NCBI GenBank assembly: GCA_044359815.1
Contig: JBIKLL010000001.1
Coordinates: forward strand, 1 to 64,000
DNA from: Pseudobdellovibrionaceae bacterium
GTDB taxonomy: Bacteria; Bdellovibrionota; Bdellovibrionia; Bdellovibrionales; Bdellovibrionaceae
Direction of reading: 5' to 3'
Length of the DNA: 64,000 bases
Part shown: positions 49,036-60,253 of the stretch, piece by piece
Layout: each line of letters opens with the position of its first letter
Position numbering within the stretch: position 1 is the first letter of the stretch
Program-made: the position numbers and the translations under genes
Notes under the pieces: model-generated
What the model was told of the DNA's origin: nothing
Database searches by the model: none
The model's input: the letters and a program-made list of their open reading frames with translations, nothing else

Positions 49036-49694
49036 TATTTTTTACCCTTCTTGGGAGGCTCTGGTTCAGGCAAAGGCTCGATAATTTCTGGCACCTTTAA
49101 AACAATTAATCTGTAAATCACATCGTAATAACGTTCGTCCTCGCCGTTGGCGTTCATAATCATGTCTTTCATTTTCACCGAGGCACTGAGGGCCGTTAAC
49201 TGCTGACCCACGTCTATGATTTGCTTTAGGTTCAGTTTATTGACAACGACTTCAATGGTTCCATCAGACAACTCTTGCGGAAATAATCTTGAACCCAGTG
49301 GCACGGTCTCAACTGATTTTATCAAATCCTGCATGACCCGGCTGGCTTGCAGTTCAGTTTGAATCCGACTTTTCAGCGAATCAATAGGCGGAGGCATCGG
49401 AATTTCCGGGACCTCATTGGCTTCTTTGGCTGTTTTTAATAATTCCCTGATCAGACCTCGGCGTGATAAAAAATCTTCCACATTGGTCATAGACTGTGTC
49501 AGGTATCCCCATGGGGATGACAGAAAAATCAAAATAATCAAGACCACTGCAGAAATCGTCACAACTCTTTGCATGCTGGGACTTAAGTTTTCGTATTTGT
49601 CCTTCAGTTGCTGATAGGCTGCAGATTCTTCGGTTCGATCAACTAAAACCTTAAACTGTGATTGTAAATTATCGCGCAGATCTTGAAAATTCAT
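49035..49694 (-). CDS. gspM: type II secretion protein GspM-like
   Basis: YENLSPSMQR followed by a single TM; lies directly after gspL. Confidence 0.65.
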   Translation of the reverse strand: MNFQDLRDNLQSQFKVLVDRTEESAAYQQLKDKYENLSPSMQRVVTISAVVLIILIFLSSPWGYLTQSMTNVEDFLSRRGLIRELLKTAKEANEVPEIPMPPPIDSLKSRIQTELQASRVMQDLIKSVETVPLGSRLFPQELSDGTIEVVVNKLNLKQIIDVGQQLTALSASVKMKDMIMNANGEDERYYDVIYRLIVLKVPEIIEPLPEPEPPKKGKK

Positions 49695-51358
49695 AATTTC
49701 TTCCCGGTCTGAATGCCGCGATCAACTTTGAAACTCATCGAAAACGGAAAGGTATTAGGTGGTCCTTGTCTGGTAGTGGGCGCCGTATTGACTTTGCCAT
49801 TCAAAGCCACTGCGCCCAAGTTTCTTTGCAGAACATTGATATCAGTTAATTTCCCAACAACGCCTTCAATAAAAACTGAATCGTCTTCAACCCTCAACGT
49901 CTTCACGCTGATTTGCATTTGTTCCCTGGGCGGAGCCGAGTCACTGATTCTTTTAACGATTTCAATGGCTGAATTCATCTGCGTAATACCTGCCAAAACT
50001 TTTAAATCCTGAATTTGTTTTTTCTGATCCTTAATGTATTTTCTGACTCCAGCCTCGTTAGCCTGTTTGCCTGATAGTTTTGCCACTGATTTAGCCTGAG
50101 CTTTCAATGCATCAGTGGCTTTATCAGCCAGTTCCAGGGACGCCGATTCCCTGAACAAAGAAAAAAAGTAAAAAACTAAAAACATGGCTGCCGACAATTG
50201 AATTGTTGGCCCCCATTGTTTCCAAACATTTTGAAAGGAATTAGATTGCCGAGCAAATTCTTGTCTTAAAAAATTAATCGCAGGATTTCTGGGTTTTTTA
50301 AATCCCTCAATGGCTAAGCCCAAAGCTATGCCAATTTTAGATTCTACTAAAATGTTTTTCTCGAATGGCAAATGGCCGTAATTAACCAAGGGATCAAATC
50401 GATTGACTGGGATTTCAATCATCTGCGTCAGCAGAGCCGAGATATTTCTGATATTGGCCACACCACCGCTGATCTGTACATTTTCAACTTCCACATTCAG
50501 ATCAGCTTTTAGCTCCAGCAATGTGATTTGCAGTTCGCGGCCCAGTTCTTTTAAACATTTGCTAATCACATCTGAAAACACAATTTGATCGTAAGAAGCA
50601 TTTTCCTTGGTTGGCAGCACAAACCCTTTGGTGTTGACCTCTTTGATGGCCTCCACATAGGGGATTTCATATTTTTGGGCGATGGCATCTGCCACTAATT
50701 TTCCGCCCCACAAAATGGTTCTGACATCGATTAGTTTTTGATTTTCAAATGTGCATACGATGGTTTTTGTATGGCCCAAAATTAAATTAATCTTGGCATG
50801 TCTGAGCTCTTTTGTGGGCCCCTCTTCCAGATTATAATTCGGATCCACAGATGGCGCCGCCATCCAATTTTCAACACAATTTGCAAATGCCAAGCCTTCC
50901 GGGGATAAAATATTAAGTTCAATCCCTGAATCTTTAAAAACATTTAAAACTTCTTGAACCCTCAGTTTGGGAGTTGCCACTGTCAGTGTTTCAGTTAGCT
51001 TTCCCCGAATGCGAATGATTTTGTTATCAAAGGCTGCATCTTCAGTGGCAAAAGGAACTTCTTCTTCAAGTTCAAATGGCAAACTTTTTAAAATTTTTAT
51101 TTTGTCCGAAAAGGGAAATAACTTGGTCCTGACACTGACTCTGTCTTGGCGCAATCCACACACAAATTTAGTCTTAGTCCCAGCGTATCTGGCTGCGACT
51201 TTTCGCAAAACTTCCAGAATTTCGATTTGCGAATCAAAGGCAGGGTTCTGCCCTAAAGTGTGCTCAAAATAGTCAGTAATGTGAAAACCTTTATTACTGC
51301 CCGTCAGCTCCACAATCTTGATACTGCTGGAACCTATGTCTATACCGATTGACTTCAC
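49691..51358 (-). CDS. gspL: type II secretion protein GspL (PilM-like actin fold plus TM)
   Basis: IGIDIGSSSIK, ISGG and INFLR followed by TM. Confidence 0.8.
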   Translation of the reverse strand: MKSIGIDIGSSSIKIVELTGSNKGFHITDYFEHTLGQNPAFDSQIEILEVLRKVAARYAGTKTKFVCGLRQDRVSVRTKLFPFSDKIKILKSLPFELEEEVPFATEDAAFDNKIIRIRGKLTETLTVATPKLRVQEVLNVFKDSGIELNILSPEGLAFANCVENWMAAPSVDPNYNLEEGPTKELRHAKINLILGHTKTIVCTFENQKLIDVRTILWGGKLVADAIAQKYEIPYVEAIKEVNTKGFVLPTKENASYDQIVFSDVISKCLKELGRELQITLLELKADLNVEVENVQISGGVANIRNISALLTQMIEIPVNRFDPLVNYGHLPFEKNILVESKIGIALGLAIEGFKKPRNPAINFLRQEFARQSNSFQNVWKQWGPTIQLSAAMFLVFYFFSLFRESASLELADKATDALKAQAKSVAKLSGKQANEAGVRKYIKDQKKQIQDLKVLAGITQMNSAIEIVKRISDSAPPREQMQISVKTLRVEDDSVFIEGVVGKLTDINVLQRNLGAVALNGKVNTAPTTRQGPPNTFPFSMSFKVDRGIQTGKKL

Positions 51359-51376
51359 ATGAAATCCTTTTCAAGT

Positions 51377-52603
51377 TTATCGCTCGTTCCAGTATACGAT
51401 TCGGGGCGGTCCCTTGGGAAGAGGTTCCTGCGGTTGCCCTGTATTTCCCTGAGGATTTGTGGGCGATGGATTGACATTGCTTCCATCATTGGGTTTAGGA
51501 GTGGATTTTATAATTGATTTTGCAACAGCTGTGGCTACAGAGCTGACATCAAAAACCACGACTGTGATTTCTTTTATATTGTTAGCGAATTCTCCTCGAC
51601 TAACGACCCGAAAGTTAAGCGCGGCATCAAATGCCAATGGCAAAGTTTCTTGCACTTCAGGTGGCACGTTGCCTCTGGATTGCGCGACAAAGGACCAGAA
51701 ATCCTGTTCGTTTGTAAAGGGCCCTCCGTTATCGGGATTGTCTCTTCTTTGCAAAATTAAATTCACAACTTCATCAGTCATCGATTTATCGATGGATTTT
51801 AAAACCTCTGGCGACGCATAGTTTGGATTAATGGCTCTTTGACCATAAACCGTTATGCGATCCTTCAGCATATCAAAAACAGTTTCAGTCATCCCTGCCA
51901 CCAAACGGATTTCGCCCACAGTTCTAAAAGCCCGATTGGGTGGATATCTTTCAGTGGTTTCCCCCAAAGATTCATACAATCTTCTTTCGTCCCCACCGTT
52001 CAGACTTTCCACATCCCCATCGACCCAATCAATCATGTTGTTGATGACTTCTTCAAATTTTAAATCTTCATTTTCGCGAGCCCATTCCTCGTCATTGGCT
52101 TTTTTGTTTTCAAAAATCCCCACTAGCAGTTTTTTCGTAGAATCTGCTAAAGCTTTAGAGGGAGAGGCCAAGTCATTCACATCAATTTTTGAACCTTCGT
52201 CGTAAATTTGGACCGAATAGGTCGCATCCATTTTAGATTCTTTTAATTGCGCGTTTAAAATATCCTGGTCGACAGTCAATGTATCCTCACCCAATACAGG
52301 GGGCCACATAAATGGAAAGCTCCAAACCAGATCCAACATTTTCATAAACTTAGGATTGGTTTTTCCTGCCATTGTTCTGGCTAGCGAGGCATAAATTTTT
52401 ATCCGCAGTAGACTTAATTGCACACCTGATTTCGCCGCGTAATAGGCTTTCAACCGACTGATGCTCTGAGCATGGATTCCGTATTCGACTGAAGTTTCAT
52501 AGGTGATTTCTGTCACCAAAAACAAAATAATAACCACGGTGAACATTGCCAGGATTATTGCCACACCTCTTTGGTTATTAAGCGGATTCTTGTATGATTT
52601 CAT
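51377..52603 (-). CDS. gspK: minor pseudopilin GspK
   Basis: QRGVAIIL prepilin site; DEGSKIDVN, DWVD and INPNYAS. Confidence 0.9.
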   Translation of the reverse strand: MKSYKNPLNNQRGVAIILAMFTVVIILFLVTEITYETSVEYGIHAQSISRLKAYYAAKSGVQLSLLRIKIYASLARTMAGKTNPKFMKMLDLVWSFPFMWPPVLGEDTLTVDQDILNAQLKESKMDATYSVQIYDEGSKIDVNDLASPSKALADSTKKLLVGIFENKKANDEEWARENEDLKFEEVINNMIDWVDGDVESLNGGDERRLYESLGETTERYPPNRAFRTVGEIRLVAGMTETVFDMLKDRITVYGQRAINPNYASPEVLKSIDKSMTDEVVNLILQRRDNPDNGGPFTNEQDFWSFVAQSRGNVPPEVQETLPLAFDAALNFRVVSRGEFANNIKEITVVVFDVSSVATAVAKSIIKSTPKPNDGSNVNPSPTNPQGNTGQPQEPLPKGPPRIVYWNER

Positions 52604-53424
52604 TGAGTCGCCTTTTCTTCGGGGTTATTGACAAACCGAATGGGCACAACAATTTGCATGGAAACTTTTTTCTTGCGCTCTTTTTCCCCCTGAGCAACAG
52701 TCAGCGAAATCTCTACTGCGTCAGGAAATTTTGCTTTGGGGTCTTTGATATTGAAAGCCCAATCATTGCTCCAATCCTGCTTGCCAATTCCGTAATACCG
52801 CAGTTTAAATTCTTCAATGCCGTCTAACAAAATCACTTCTTCTCCGCCCTTACCCACTTCACCCTCAGCCACTAAAGCCTCACGTCTGAGCAAACAGTTG
52901 GATGATCCCGATTCTTTCCCAGGTCTTTTGCAGCCCCTGACACTGTAACCGACTTTTACAAAATCAGCCTGCGAGGCTCCTTCTGTAACCCTGCTGGTGT
53001 TGAGTGTGACAAAAGCAATTTCATCTTCTTTTCCCAAAAAGCCTGTGACCGGACTGATTCGATTGGTCTTTTTCAGACACAAAGGATCGGCAGTGCCCTC
53101 GGGGCAAGGATAAGGGGCATTAGGATTGACGACGGGTTGTCCAGGTACAGAACTAGATGGTTTTGATAGTTGCAATTTCTTTTTTTTAATCAACTCAAAC
53201 ATTTCAACTTCTATATCTTGATAATGCATAATCAAATTTATATCTTTTTCGATAATTTTTAATGCATCTCGGACCTGCGACATCTGATCATTAGTTGTTT
53301 GAATTTTTATTTTGCTGGCGATGCCCTGCTGGATTGATTGGCTGGATAAAACAGTCAATGCAGCCATTATCATCAATACAATTAAAACTTCTAAAAGCGT
53401 AAATCCTTTATTGGATCTAACCAC
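52600..53424 (-). CDS. gspJ: minor pseudopilin GspJ
   Basis: KGFTLLEVL prepilin motif; FPDAVEI; operon order; GTG start inferred. Confidence 0.82.
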   Translation of the reverse strand: MVRSNKGFTLLEVLIVLMIMAALTVLSSQSIQQGIASKIKIQTTNDQMSQVRDALKIIEKDINLIMHYQDIEVEMFELIKKKKLQLSKPSSSVPGQPVVNPNAPYPCPEGTADPLCLKKTNRISPVTGFLGKEDEIAFVTLNTSRVTEGASQADFVKVGYSVRGCKRPGKESGSSNCLLRREALVAEGEVGKGGEEVILLDGIEEFKLRYYGIGKQDWSNDWAFNIKDPKAKFPDAVEISLTVAQGEKERKKKVSMQIVVPIRFVNNPEEKATQ

Positions 53425-53920
53425 CGGGCATCCCCACTTTGACGTCCTTGCTATAATCCACAAAATATGTGGTCACCGAATTGGTGAGGGGCTTTCCTGA
53501 TGGTGGCGTGAAGATCACCGTCACTGTCATTTCCTTGACTGATTTTGCAATAGTGTCTGTCAGCTGCTTGATAATACTGAGGGTCATCTCGTCGGCACCA
53601 CCGTCCTTTGAGGTCAACACCGTTGTTAAATCAGGAAACTCCAGTTTTTTGGATGTTAGTTTCCAAGTGTACTGCGGGTATTCGCTACCAAAATCATCTG
53701 ACCTGTCCTCGGGAATTTCATCCAAGGATTTATTTCTGTACTCGATTTCTAATTCTGTAATCTTTCGCTCAAGCAATGCCGCAATCTCAAATGATGTCTG
53801 AGTTTTTCTGAGTCTTGAAAATGCTGATCCCCAAGAATTTGCCAGCAGCAACAAGGCCCCTGACAAAATCATCATTGCCACCATGACTTCTATCAGTGTG
53901 AATCCCTTTTTTTTACTCAA
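53417..53920 (-). CDS. gspI: minor pseudopilin GspI
   Basis: KGFTLIEVMVA motif; operon order. Confidence 0.82.
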   Translation of the reverse strand: MSKKKGFTLIEVMVAMMILSGALLLLANSWGSAFSRLRKTQTSFEIAALLERKITELEIEYRNKSLDEIPEDRSDDFGSEYPQYTWKLTSKKLEFPDLTTVLTSKDGGADEMTLSIIKQLTDTIAKSVKEMTVTVIFTPPSGKPLTNSVTTYFVDYSKDVKVGMPGG

Positions 53921-54566
53921 TCCTTAAATCCTTTAATCGGGTTTCTTTCTCGATCACATCTGTAAAACCAGTCAGCGGATTGATCACCAGGGTCCAATTG
54001 ACTTCTTTTTTATTGGTGATCAAAATGGCTGCTTTTTCAACCAAACCTTCTGGTGAAAAATAAACGTAGGCTTCGTTATCGCTATTCGCACCTGTACGCG
54101 ATGAGGTTTCAACAAAGCCAAAACTAAATCCATCAGGTAATTTTTTAACTCCTTTAAAAAATTTCTCGGATTTTGAAAAAGGATTTGAAGGAGCCTCGTC
54201 AGTGCCCACTGATTTGTCCTTTTCAGCTTTTATGGATTCATCGGTTTTTGCCAGTACATTTCCATTAGCGGCTTCAACCCAATAGCTGTAAGCACCGTCT
54301 TCCATTTTAAAAACTATTCTGTGGGTCATGTTTTTTACACGGGCTTCGTTTCGAACTTCTCGGGACAGAACCGATAAATGCCTAGCAACTGCTTTAACAT
54401 TATTTTGTGGGCTTTTTATCCTGGGGATCCCCAGCACAACAATGGTGCTCAGGATCGCCAGAACGATCATAATTTCTACTAAGGTAAATCCCTTAATACT
54501 ATTACTGTAATTCTTCAGCTGTGATGTCTTTGTTTTTACCATCACCGCCTTCTTTTCCATCAGCAC
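53913..54566 (-). CDS. gspH: minor pseudopilin GspH
   Basis: KGFTLVEIMIV, YFSPEG and INPLTG; start uncertain. Confidence 0.82.
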   Translation of the reverse strand: MLMEKKAVMVKTKTSQLKNYSNSIKGFTLVEIMIVLAILSTIVVLGIPRIKSPQNNVKAVARHLSVLSREVRNEARVKNMTHRIVFKMEDGAYSYWVEAANGNVLAKTDESIKAEKDKSVGTDEAPSNPFSKSEKFFKGVKKLPDGFSFGFVETSSRTGANSDNEAYVYFSPEGLVEKAAILITNKKEVNWTLVINPLTGFTDVIEKETRLKDLRIE

Positions 54567-54930
54567 CTAAACTCTTCAGGTTGTAAGTACCGCCGCTAGA
54601 TTCATAAACAAAACCATTTGACCATGCATCTGGTGGAACCTTTTTCATGTAAGGATCAGGTCCCCAGTTAGAACAAGCAGAATCAGCAGTGGATAACCCA
54701 TCTAAGCTGGGTGGGTATTTACCACAGTCGGTGTAATACAGATTTAGAGCTTGTGCGATTTGACCCATGATCAATTTAGTTTGGCTGAATTTTGATTTAT
54801 CCAATCGACTCATCACTGTTGGCAACAAAACTGCTGCCAGTCCACCGATAATCATCAACACGATCATGATTTCTAATAAGGTCATACCCTTTTGATTTAT
54901 TTTTTTTAAAGAACTGAAAATACCATTCAT
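54502..54930 (-). CDS. gspG: major pseudopilin GspG
   Basis: KGMTLLEIM, YP, DAWSN and SLGADGKEGG..D. Confidence 0.93.
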   Translation of the reverse strand: MNGIFSSLKKINQKGMTLLEIMIVLMIIGGLAAVLLPTVMSRLDKSKFSQTKLIMGQIAQALNLYYTDCGKYPPSLDGLSTADSACSNWGPDPYMKKVPPDAWSNGFVYESSGGTYNLKSLGADGKEGGDGKNKDITAEELQ

Positions 54931-54974
54931 AGTGAGTCCTCATTTCTGCAAAATGCTGATTAAGAAATCCTAGG

Positions 54975-56195
54975 CTAACCCGAAATATTTGTCATCTCAA
55001 ACATTGGAATCATTACGGCAAACACAATCATTCCAATGACAAATCCCATTATGACCATGACAACAGGACCCATAAGGCTTGTTAAACCCTCTACTTTATT
55101 TTTAACTTGAAAATCATAGGCATCTGATACTTGGATCAGCATGTTTTCCAAATCGCCTGTTTTTTCTCCAATGTTAACCATGTGAATCACCAGTGGTGGA
55201 AATTGTCCCGATTTTCTCAAGGGGCCAGCAATGGATTCCCCCTCTGAAATATTGCTTCTGGCGTCATCAATGGCTTTGGCGATCAATGCATTGTCCACAA
55301 CATTTCTGACAATCCCCATGGCGTTCAGCATAGGCACACCACCCGTCAACAATGTAGCCAGTGTTCTGGTAAATCTGGCCACGGCGACTAAGCGATTCAT
55401 GTCTCCAAAAAGAGGCATCTTCAGCGAAATGGCATCCCAGCTTTCTTTACCCGATGGAGTTCTTTTCCAATTCTGAAACAAAAAAAATGCTAACACCAAA
55501 ACACCTAAAATTATGTACCAGTAATTCACCATTATGGCGCTAAAATCAAAAACTATAGTCGTGTACCAAGGAAGCTTTAAATCCGGTCTGGATTCAAAAA
55601 TCGCTACCATTTTTGGAATCACAAAGACAAATAAAAATCCCAAAAGCCCCAGTGTCACCACCAGCATCAACACAGGGTATGTCAAAGCACTTTTGACTTT
55701 GGATTGCAGTTCATTTTGCGCTTCAGTAAATTCAGCTAACCTGATCAAAATAGTATCCAAGGTTCCCGACATTTCACCGGCTTCACACATAGTCACATAA
55801 ATGGGCGAAAAAATATTTGGATACCGGGACAAAGTTTTATAAAAGGGCGAGCCCTCATTGACCAGATTTTTACATTCGGCAACGACTTCTTTAAGGGTCG
55901 GATTTTCAACCTGTTCTGAAACCGCATTCAGAGCATCCACCAAGGGGATATTGGCTTTTAGCAATGTCGCCAGCTGACGAGTCATTAATGAAATGTCTTT
56001 AACACCAACCCGCTTTGAGCTTCCACCGCCCTTTTTCTTGGTGCCAGTGTCTACTCGTTTTTTGTCTTTCAAATCGACAACGTAAATCCCGTCTTTTTTC
56101 AATTTCACACGGGCTGCACGGATATTGTCAGCATCAATTATGCCTCTAGTATTTTTCCCATCCTTAGATAAACCTCGGTATTCAAATACAGGCAT
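54975..56195 (-). CDS. gspF: type II secretion inner-membrane platform GspF
   Basis: TRQLATLL, AGEMSGTL and IGEKTGDL. Confidence 0.95.
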   Translation of the reverse strand: MPVFEYRGLSKDGKNTRGIIDADNIRAARVKLKKDGIYVVDLKDKKRVDTGTKKKGGGSSKRVGVKDISLMTRQLATLLKANIPLVDALNAVSEQVENPTLKEVVAECKNLVNEGSPFYKTLSRYPNIFSPIYVTMCEAGEMSGTLDTILIRLAEFTEAQNELQSKVKSALTYPVLMLVVTLGLLGFLFVFVIPKMVAIFESRPDLKLPWYTTIVFDFSAIMVNYWYIILGVLVLAFFLFQNWKRTPSGKESWDAISLKMPLFGDMNRLVAVARFTRTLATLLTGGVPMLNAMGIVRNVVDNALIAKAIDDARSNISEGESIAGPLRKSGQFPPLVIHMVNIGEKTGDLENMLIQVSDAYDFQVKNKVEGLTSLMGPVVMVIMGFVIGMIVFAVMIPMFEMTNISG

Positions 56196-56198
56196 AAA

Positions 56199-57887
56199 TT
56201 ATTGATCCAATTGTGTGTTTGAAATCAGCTCTTCAAAAGTTGTGATACCGCTGAGCACCTTTTGTATACCATGGTCCCTAAATGTTTTCATGCCATTTGC
56301 GGCTGCCATTTTTCTGATTGTTGCACCGTCTTTACGCTGCATGATCAAGGACCTAATCTCCTCGTTCATCACCAATAATTCGGCGATCACAGTTCGACCT
56401 ATATAACCCTTTTGATTGCATTGACTGCATCCGATGGCTTGGTGAGTGTTTGCTTTTGCAACATCAGCTCGTGTTAACCCAAAAGCATTTAATTCAAAAT
56501 CAGAGGGGGTGTATTTAGCTTTGCAATGGGGACACAGAACTCGGATCAGACGCTGAGCCACCACACCTAAAATCGATGTCGCAATTAAAAAAGGTTCTGC
56601 TCCAATATCAATCAACCTTGGAAAAGCTCCTGAAGCATCGTTGGCGTGGATGGTTGACAGCACTAAGTGACCCGTCAACGAGGCATTGATGGCAAGCTCT
56701 GCTGTTTCCAAATCCCTGATCTCACCCACCATTATAATATCTGGATCTTGACGTAAGAAGGCTCTTAAACCTGCAGCAAAGGTCAGACCTATTTTGGAAT
56801 TCACTTGCACTTGGCCAACTCCGTGAATCCTTTGCTCGACGGGGTCTTCGACGGTCAAAATATTTTCGCCAGGTTTATTTAGTTTTTGCAAACATCCATA
56901 CAAGGTCGTTGATTTACCAGAACCAGTAGGACCTGTAACAATTAAAATTCCGTAAGATCGTTGAATCAATTCATAAAGGGTTTTTAAAATCTCATCGCCA
57001 AAACCTAATTGTTCAAGTTCCAAAACCACATTGGATCTGTCCTGCAAACGCATCACGATGCGCTCGCCATGGGACGTCGGCACTGTGTTCATACGAATAT
57101 CAATGTCTTTACCGCCGACCTTTAACGGAATCCTACCATCCTGAGGAAGTCTTTTTTCGGCGATATTTAAATTGGCCATGACTTTAAGTCTTGAAGTGAT
57201 TGAGTTCTGTAATTTCTTGGGCGGCTTAAAAACATCAAACAACACCCCGTCTATTCTAAATCTGACGGACATGTCTTTTTCATAAGGTTCAACGTGAATA
57301 TCAGAGGCTTTTTCTTTAACCGCTCTGAACAGCAAAGAATTCACTAATTTAATGACGGGAGCATCGTCTTCACCGGCTTCCAACAAATCCACAATAGGAT
57401 CATCCAGATCATAATCTTCTTCTTCAATTTCCTCTAAACCTGCCAAATTAGCCGTGGATTTTTCATAAACCCTGTTAATGGCATCCTGGATTTTTTGTTG
57501 AGTGGTCACCAGCGGTCTGATTTTTTTGCCAAACATCACGCGCAAATCATCTAGGACTTTTAAATTAATAGGATTGCTGGTCAATGTGACCAATTGATCG
57601 CCCTCTTCCTTGTAAGGCAATATCCCATTTGATTTTGCAAAATTAATCGAGATCCCTCTGACTAAATCTGGAGAAATATCATTAACAGGAATGTCCTTGA
57701 TAAAATCAAACCCCATTTCTTTGCACAGCTCATGAACCAGCTCTTCAGCTGAAGAAAAATCTTTGGCGGACAAATTCTCACCAACAGAAGTGATCCCGTT
57801 ATAGGATGCCGTCCCCAGCACAACCTTGATCTGATCTTCAGTCATGGTTGTGCTTTTTAAAAGTAAGGTTTGAATATCTGTCGCCAT
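56199..57887 (-). CDS. gspE: type II secretion ATPase GspE
   Basis: GPTGSGKST, EDPVE, LRQDPD, TGHLVLST and a tetracysteine motif. Confidence 0.96.
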   Translation of the reverse strand: MATDIQTLLLKSTTMTEDQIKVVLGTASYNGITSVGENLSAKDFSSAEELVHELCKEMGFDFIKDIPVNDISPDLVRGISINFAKSNGILPYKEEGDQLVTLTSNPINLKVLDDLRVMFGKKIRPLVTTQQKIQDAINRVYEKSTANLAGLEEIEEEDYDLDDPIVDLLEAGEDDAPVIKLVNSLLFRAVKEKASDIHVEPYEKDMSVRFRIDGVLFDVFKPPKKLQNSITSRLKVMANLNIAEKRLPQDGRIPLKVGGKDIDIRMNTVPTSHGERIVMRLQDRSNVVLELEQLGFGDEILKTLYELIQRSYGILIVTGPTGSGKSTTLYGCLQKLNKPGENILTVEDPVEQRIHGVGQVQVNSKIGLTFAAGLRAFLRQDPDIIMVGEIRDLETAELAINASLTGHLVLSTIHANDASGAFPRLIDIGAEPFLIATSILGVVAQRLIRVLCPHCKAKYTPSDFELNAFGLTRADVAKANTHQAIGCSQCNQKGYIGRTVIAELLVMNEEIRSLIMQRKDGATIRKMAAANGMKTFRDHGIQKVLSGITTFEELISNTQLDQ

Positions 57888-57902
57888 TTTTCCTATTCTA
57901 AT

Positions 57903-60251
57903 CTATCGCTGATTGGTTTCAACATTTCCCTCAGCTGGTGCAGTTTGTTGCGCCCTTAATTTGTCAGCCGTAGTACCAAATGGGTCTTTGCCGCCTGTCG
58001 CCTTTATATGATCAAGCCTGTCATCCAATTTTTTTGACAATAATTTATTAGCATCCTGCGAACTGCGGATGATTTTTGGAGTCAAAAATATTGTCATATT
58101 GGTTTTACTGACTCCCGTTTTTCTGGATTTAAACAGCCAACCAATAATGGGGATATCGCCCAGCAATGGCACCTTAAAAACATCTTCGGTTTGTTCGTCC
58201 TTCATCAATCCGCCCAGCACCGCGGTGTCACCATTGCGCACCACTATGTTGGTTTCAATCTTTCTGGTCGCCAGTGGTTGCACCTGAGTTTTAAAAGCTT
58301 CAACAGTCGTGATCTGACTGAGCTGCTTAACGCTGCTTTTTATTTCAAGCCTGATCGAATTCGACGTCGGACTGATAAATGGTTTTATCTTGAGCGAAAT
58401 ATTAGCATCTTCCAGTTGTGGTGTGACCACTGTCGCGGCTCCATTAACCCCAGGAGTCTGCGTAAAGCTTGTGGCAACCTTATCACCGACTTCGATCAAG
58501 GCCTCTTGATTATCTAGGGCCAAAATTTGTGGCGTCGATAAAATATTTGCGTTCGCGTTTTTCTTTAAGAAACTGATAAAACCCAGCAAACTGTTTATGG
58601 TTGTGGTCGTATTGTTGGTAGGATTTGTGATGGTAACTTTGTCATTGGAACCAAATCCCAACACTGTTCCTGTACCACCCTGAGGACTCATCAAATCTAA
58701 CAATGATGTGTTTAATCCATTGAATCCAACTTTGCCTGCACCTTCATTAAATTTGAAATACCCGATTTCATAGGCAAATGAATCCGTGGCTTTCATTTCC
58801 ATAATGATGGCTTCAACGTAAACTTGATCCCTTGGGATATCAATTTTTGCTAACAGATTTAACACCACTTCGTAATCTTGCTTGCTTGCCACAACAACAA
58901 GGGAATTTGTTCCTTTGTCAGCTGTGATTTTAACATCACCACCAAATATTTCCTGAGGCCCGGCAGCGACACCCGAAACCGGCGAAATAGCCGGCGGAGA
59001 TCCCGATGAACCTGATCCAGACGATCCTGTTGCTTTCGGACCAGCCTCTTTTGCGATTCCAGACAGAGTCTGAGCGATTTTTTCAGCGTCACCGTGTTTG
59101 ACGTAATACACGTACACGCCACCAGCATCCTCGGGTCTGATTCTGAAATCCAATTGCACTAATAATTTTCTGATTCTGGAAGTACCGGCTTTGTTACCAA
59201 CAACAATCAACGAATTCGTTCTGTCATCAGGAATAACCATATAATAGGCTGATCCCTGCGAACCTTGTGTTTGGTTTCTGGTGAATCTAGGCACTCCTGA
59301 AGAAAACGTACCACCCTGCCTGTTGTTGGTACTGTTTTGACCTTTGTTGACGATCTTATCAATCAGATCAGCAATGTCTTTTGCCTTTGCAAACTTGACC
59401 GGAATGACTTCCAATTGGTCTTCAAAACCAGGGATATCCAATTGGCTGATGATCTTCATGATGCGATCAATGTTCGAACCAAAATCTGAAATGATCAGTG
59501 AGTTGGTGGGTGAATAAATCGACATCTCACCATCTTTTGAAGTCAGAATCCTAAGCTCTTTGTTAATCAAATCGGCAGAAATATGCTTCAAATGAATGAT
59601 TCTGGTAATCATCTGATCGGCATTGGGATAATAGGTTCCCGAGTAAGTCTCAATGCTGTCACGTTGCGAATTTCTGGCAGATCTGATTTTCAAAAATCCA
59701 CCTGATGGAACAATGGCAAATCCATTGATCGCCAGTGCCGATAAAAAAGCTTTGTAGGCTTCTGCCACAGTGATTTTGCTGGGAGCTACAATCGTGATTT
59801 TACCCCTGACACCCTGATCGATGATAAAGTTTTTCCCGGTCAATTCACTGATGGCTTTCACGATGTCTGTGATATTAGCATCAACAAAATCAAAGCTTTC
59901 AATAATTTCAGGAAAATTATCATTGGTGATGTCTTCAATCCCAGCTTTAGCAAATTTGTCTTTTTGGGCTTTTGATAAAACTCCGCCCTCTTCCTTTTTG
60001 GCAGCAGGCCCTTGAGCGCTGTCAAAAGCACCTTGCGAATTTGAAAACCCACCCATTGAAGGCGGCGGCGGAGGTGGCGGCGGTGGGAAATTCCCACCTC
60101 GATTAAAATTACCCATCCCCGGTGGCGGCGGTGGATCCTCATCAAAATCATCAATCTGAGCAAAAACACTTTGCAGAACAAATAACTGCAACAGCAGCAT
60201 CAGCCCAAACATCCAGATCACTTTGCGAAAATTTTTAAAATTCATATCCAC
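57903..60251 (-). CDS. gspD: type II secretion secretin GspD
   Basis: N0-N3 domains; ANILSTP and KVPLLGDIPIIGWLF. Confidence 0.95.
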   Translation of the reverse strand: MDMNFKNFRKVIWMFGLMLLLQLFVLQSVFAQIDDFDEDPPPPPGMGNFNRGGNFPPPPPPPPPSMGGFSNSQGAFDSAQGPAAKKEEGGVLSKAQKDKFAKAGIEDITNDNFPEIIESFDFVDANITDIVKAISELTGKNFIIDQGVRGKITIVAPSKITVAEAYKAFLSALAINGFAIVPSGGFLKIRSARNSQRDSIETYSGTYYPNADQMITRIIHLKHISADLINKELRILTSKDGEMSIYSPTNSLIISDFGSNIDRIMKIISQLDIPGFEDQLEVIPVKFAKAKDIADLIDKIVNKGQNSTNNRQGGTFSSGVPRFTRNQTQGSQGSAYYMVIPDDRTNSLIVVGNKAGTSRIRKLLVQLDFRIRPEDAGGVYVYYVKHGDAEKIAQTLSGIAKEAGPKATGSSGSGSSGSPPAISPVSGVAAGPQEIFGGDVKITADKGTNSLVVVASKQDYEVVLNLLAKIDIPRDQVYVEAIIMEMKATDSFAYEIGYFKFNEGAGKVGFNGLNTSLLDLMSPQGGTGTVLGFGSNDKVTITNPTNNTTTTINSLLGFISFLKKNANANILSTPQILALDNQEALIEVGDKVATSFTQTPGVNGAATVVTPQLEDANISLKIKPFISPTSNSIRLEIKSSVKQLSQITTVEAFKTQVQPLATRKIETNIVVRNGDTAVLGGLMKDEQTEDVFKVPLLGDIPIIGWLFKSRKTGVSKTNMTIFLTPKIIRSSQDANKLLSKKLDDRLDHIKATGGKDPFGTTADKLRAQQTAPAEGNVETNQR

Positions 60252-60253
60252 CC

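Noticed and set aside
60060..60135. GC-rich GGC/GGT runs
   Set aside because: Explained by poly-proline codons in the GspD N-terminal extension.
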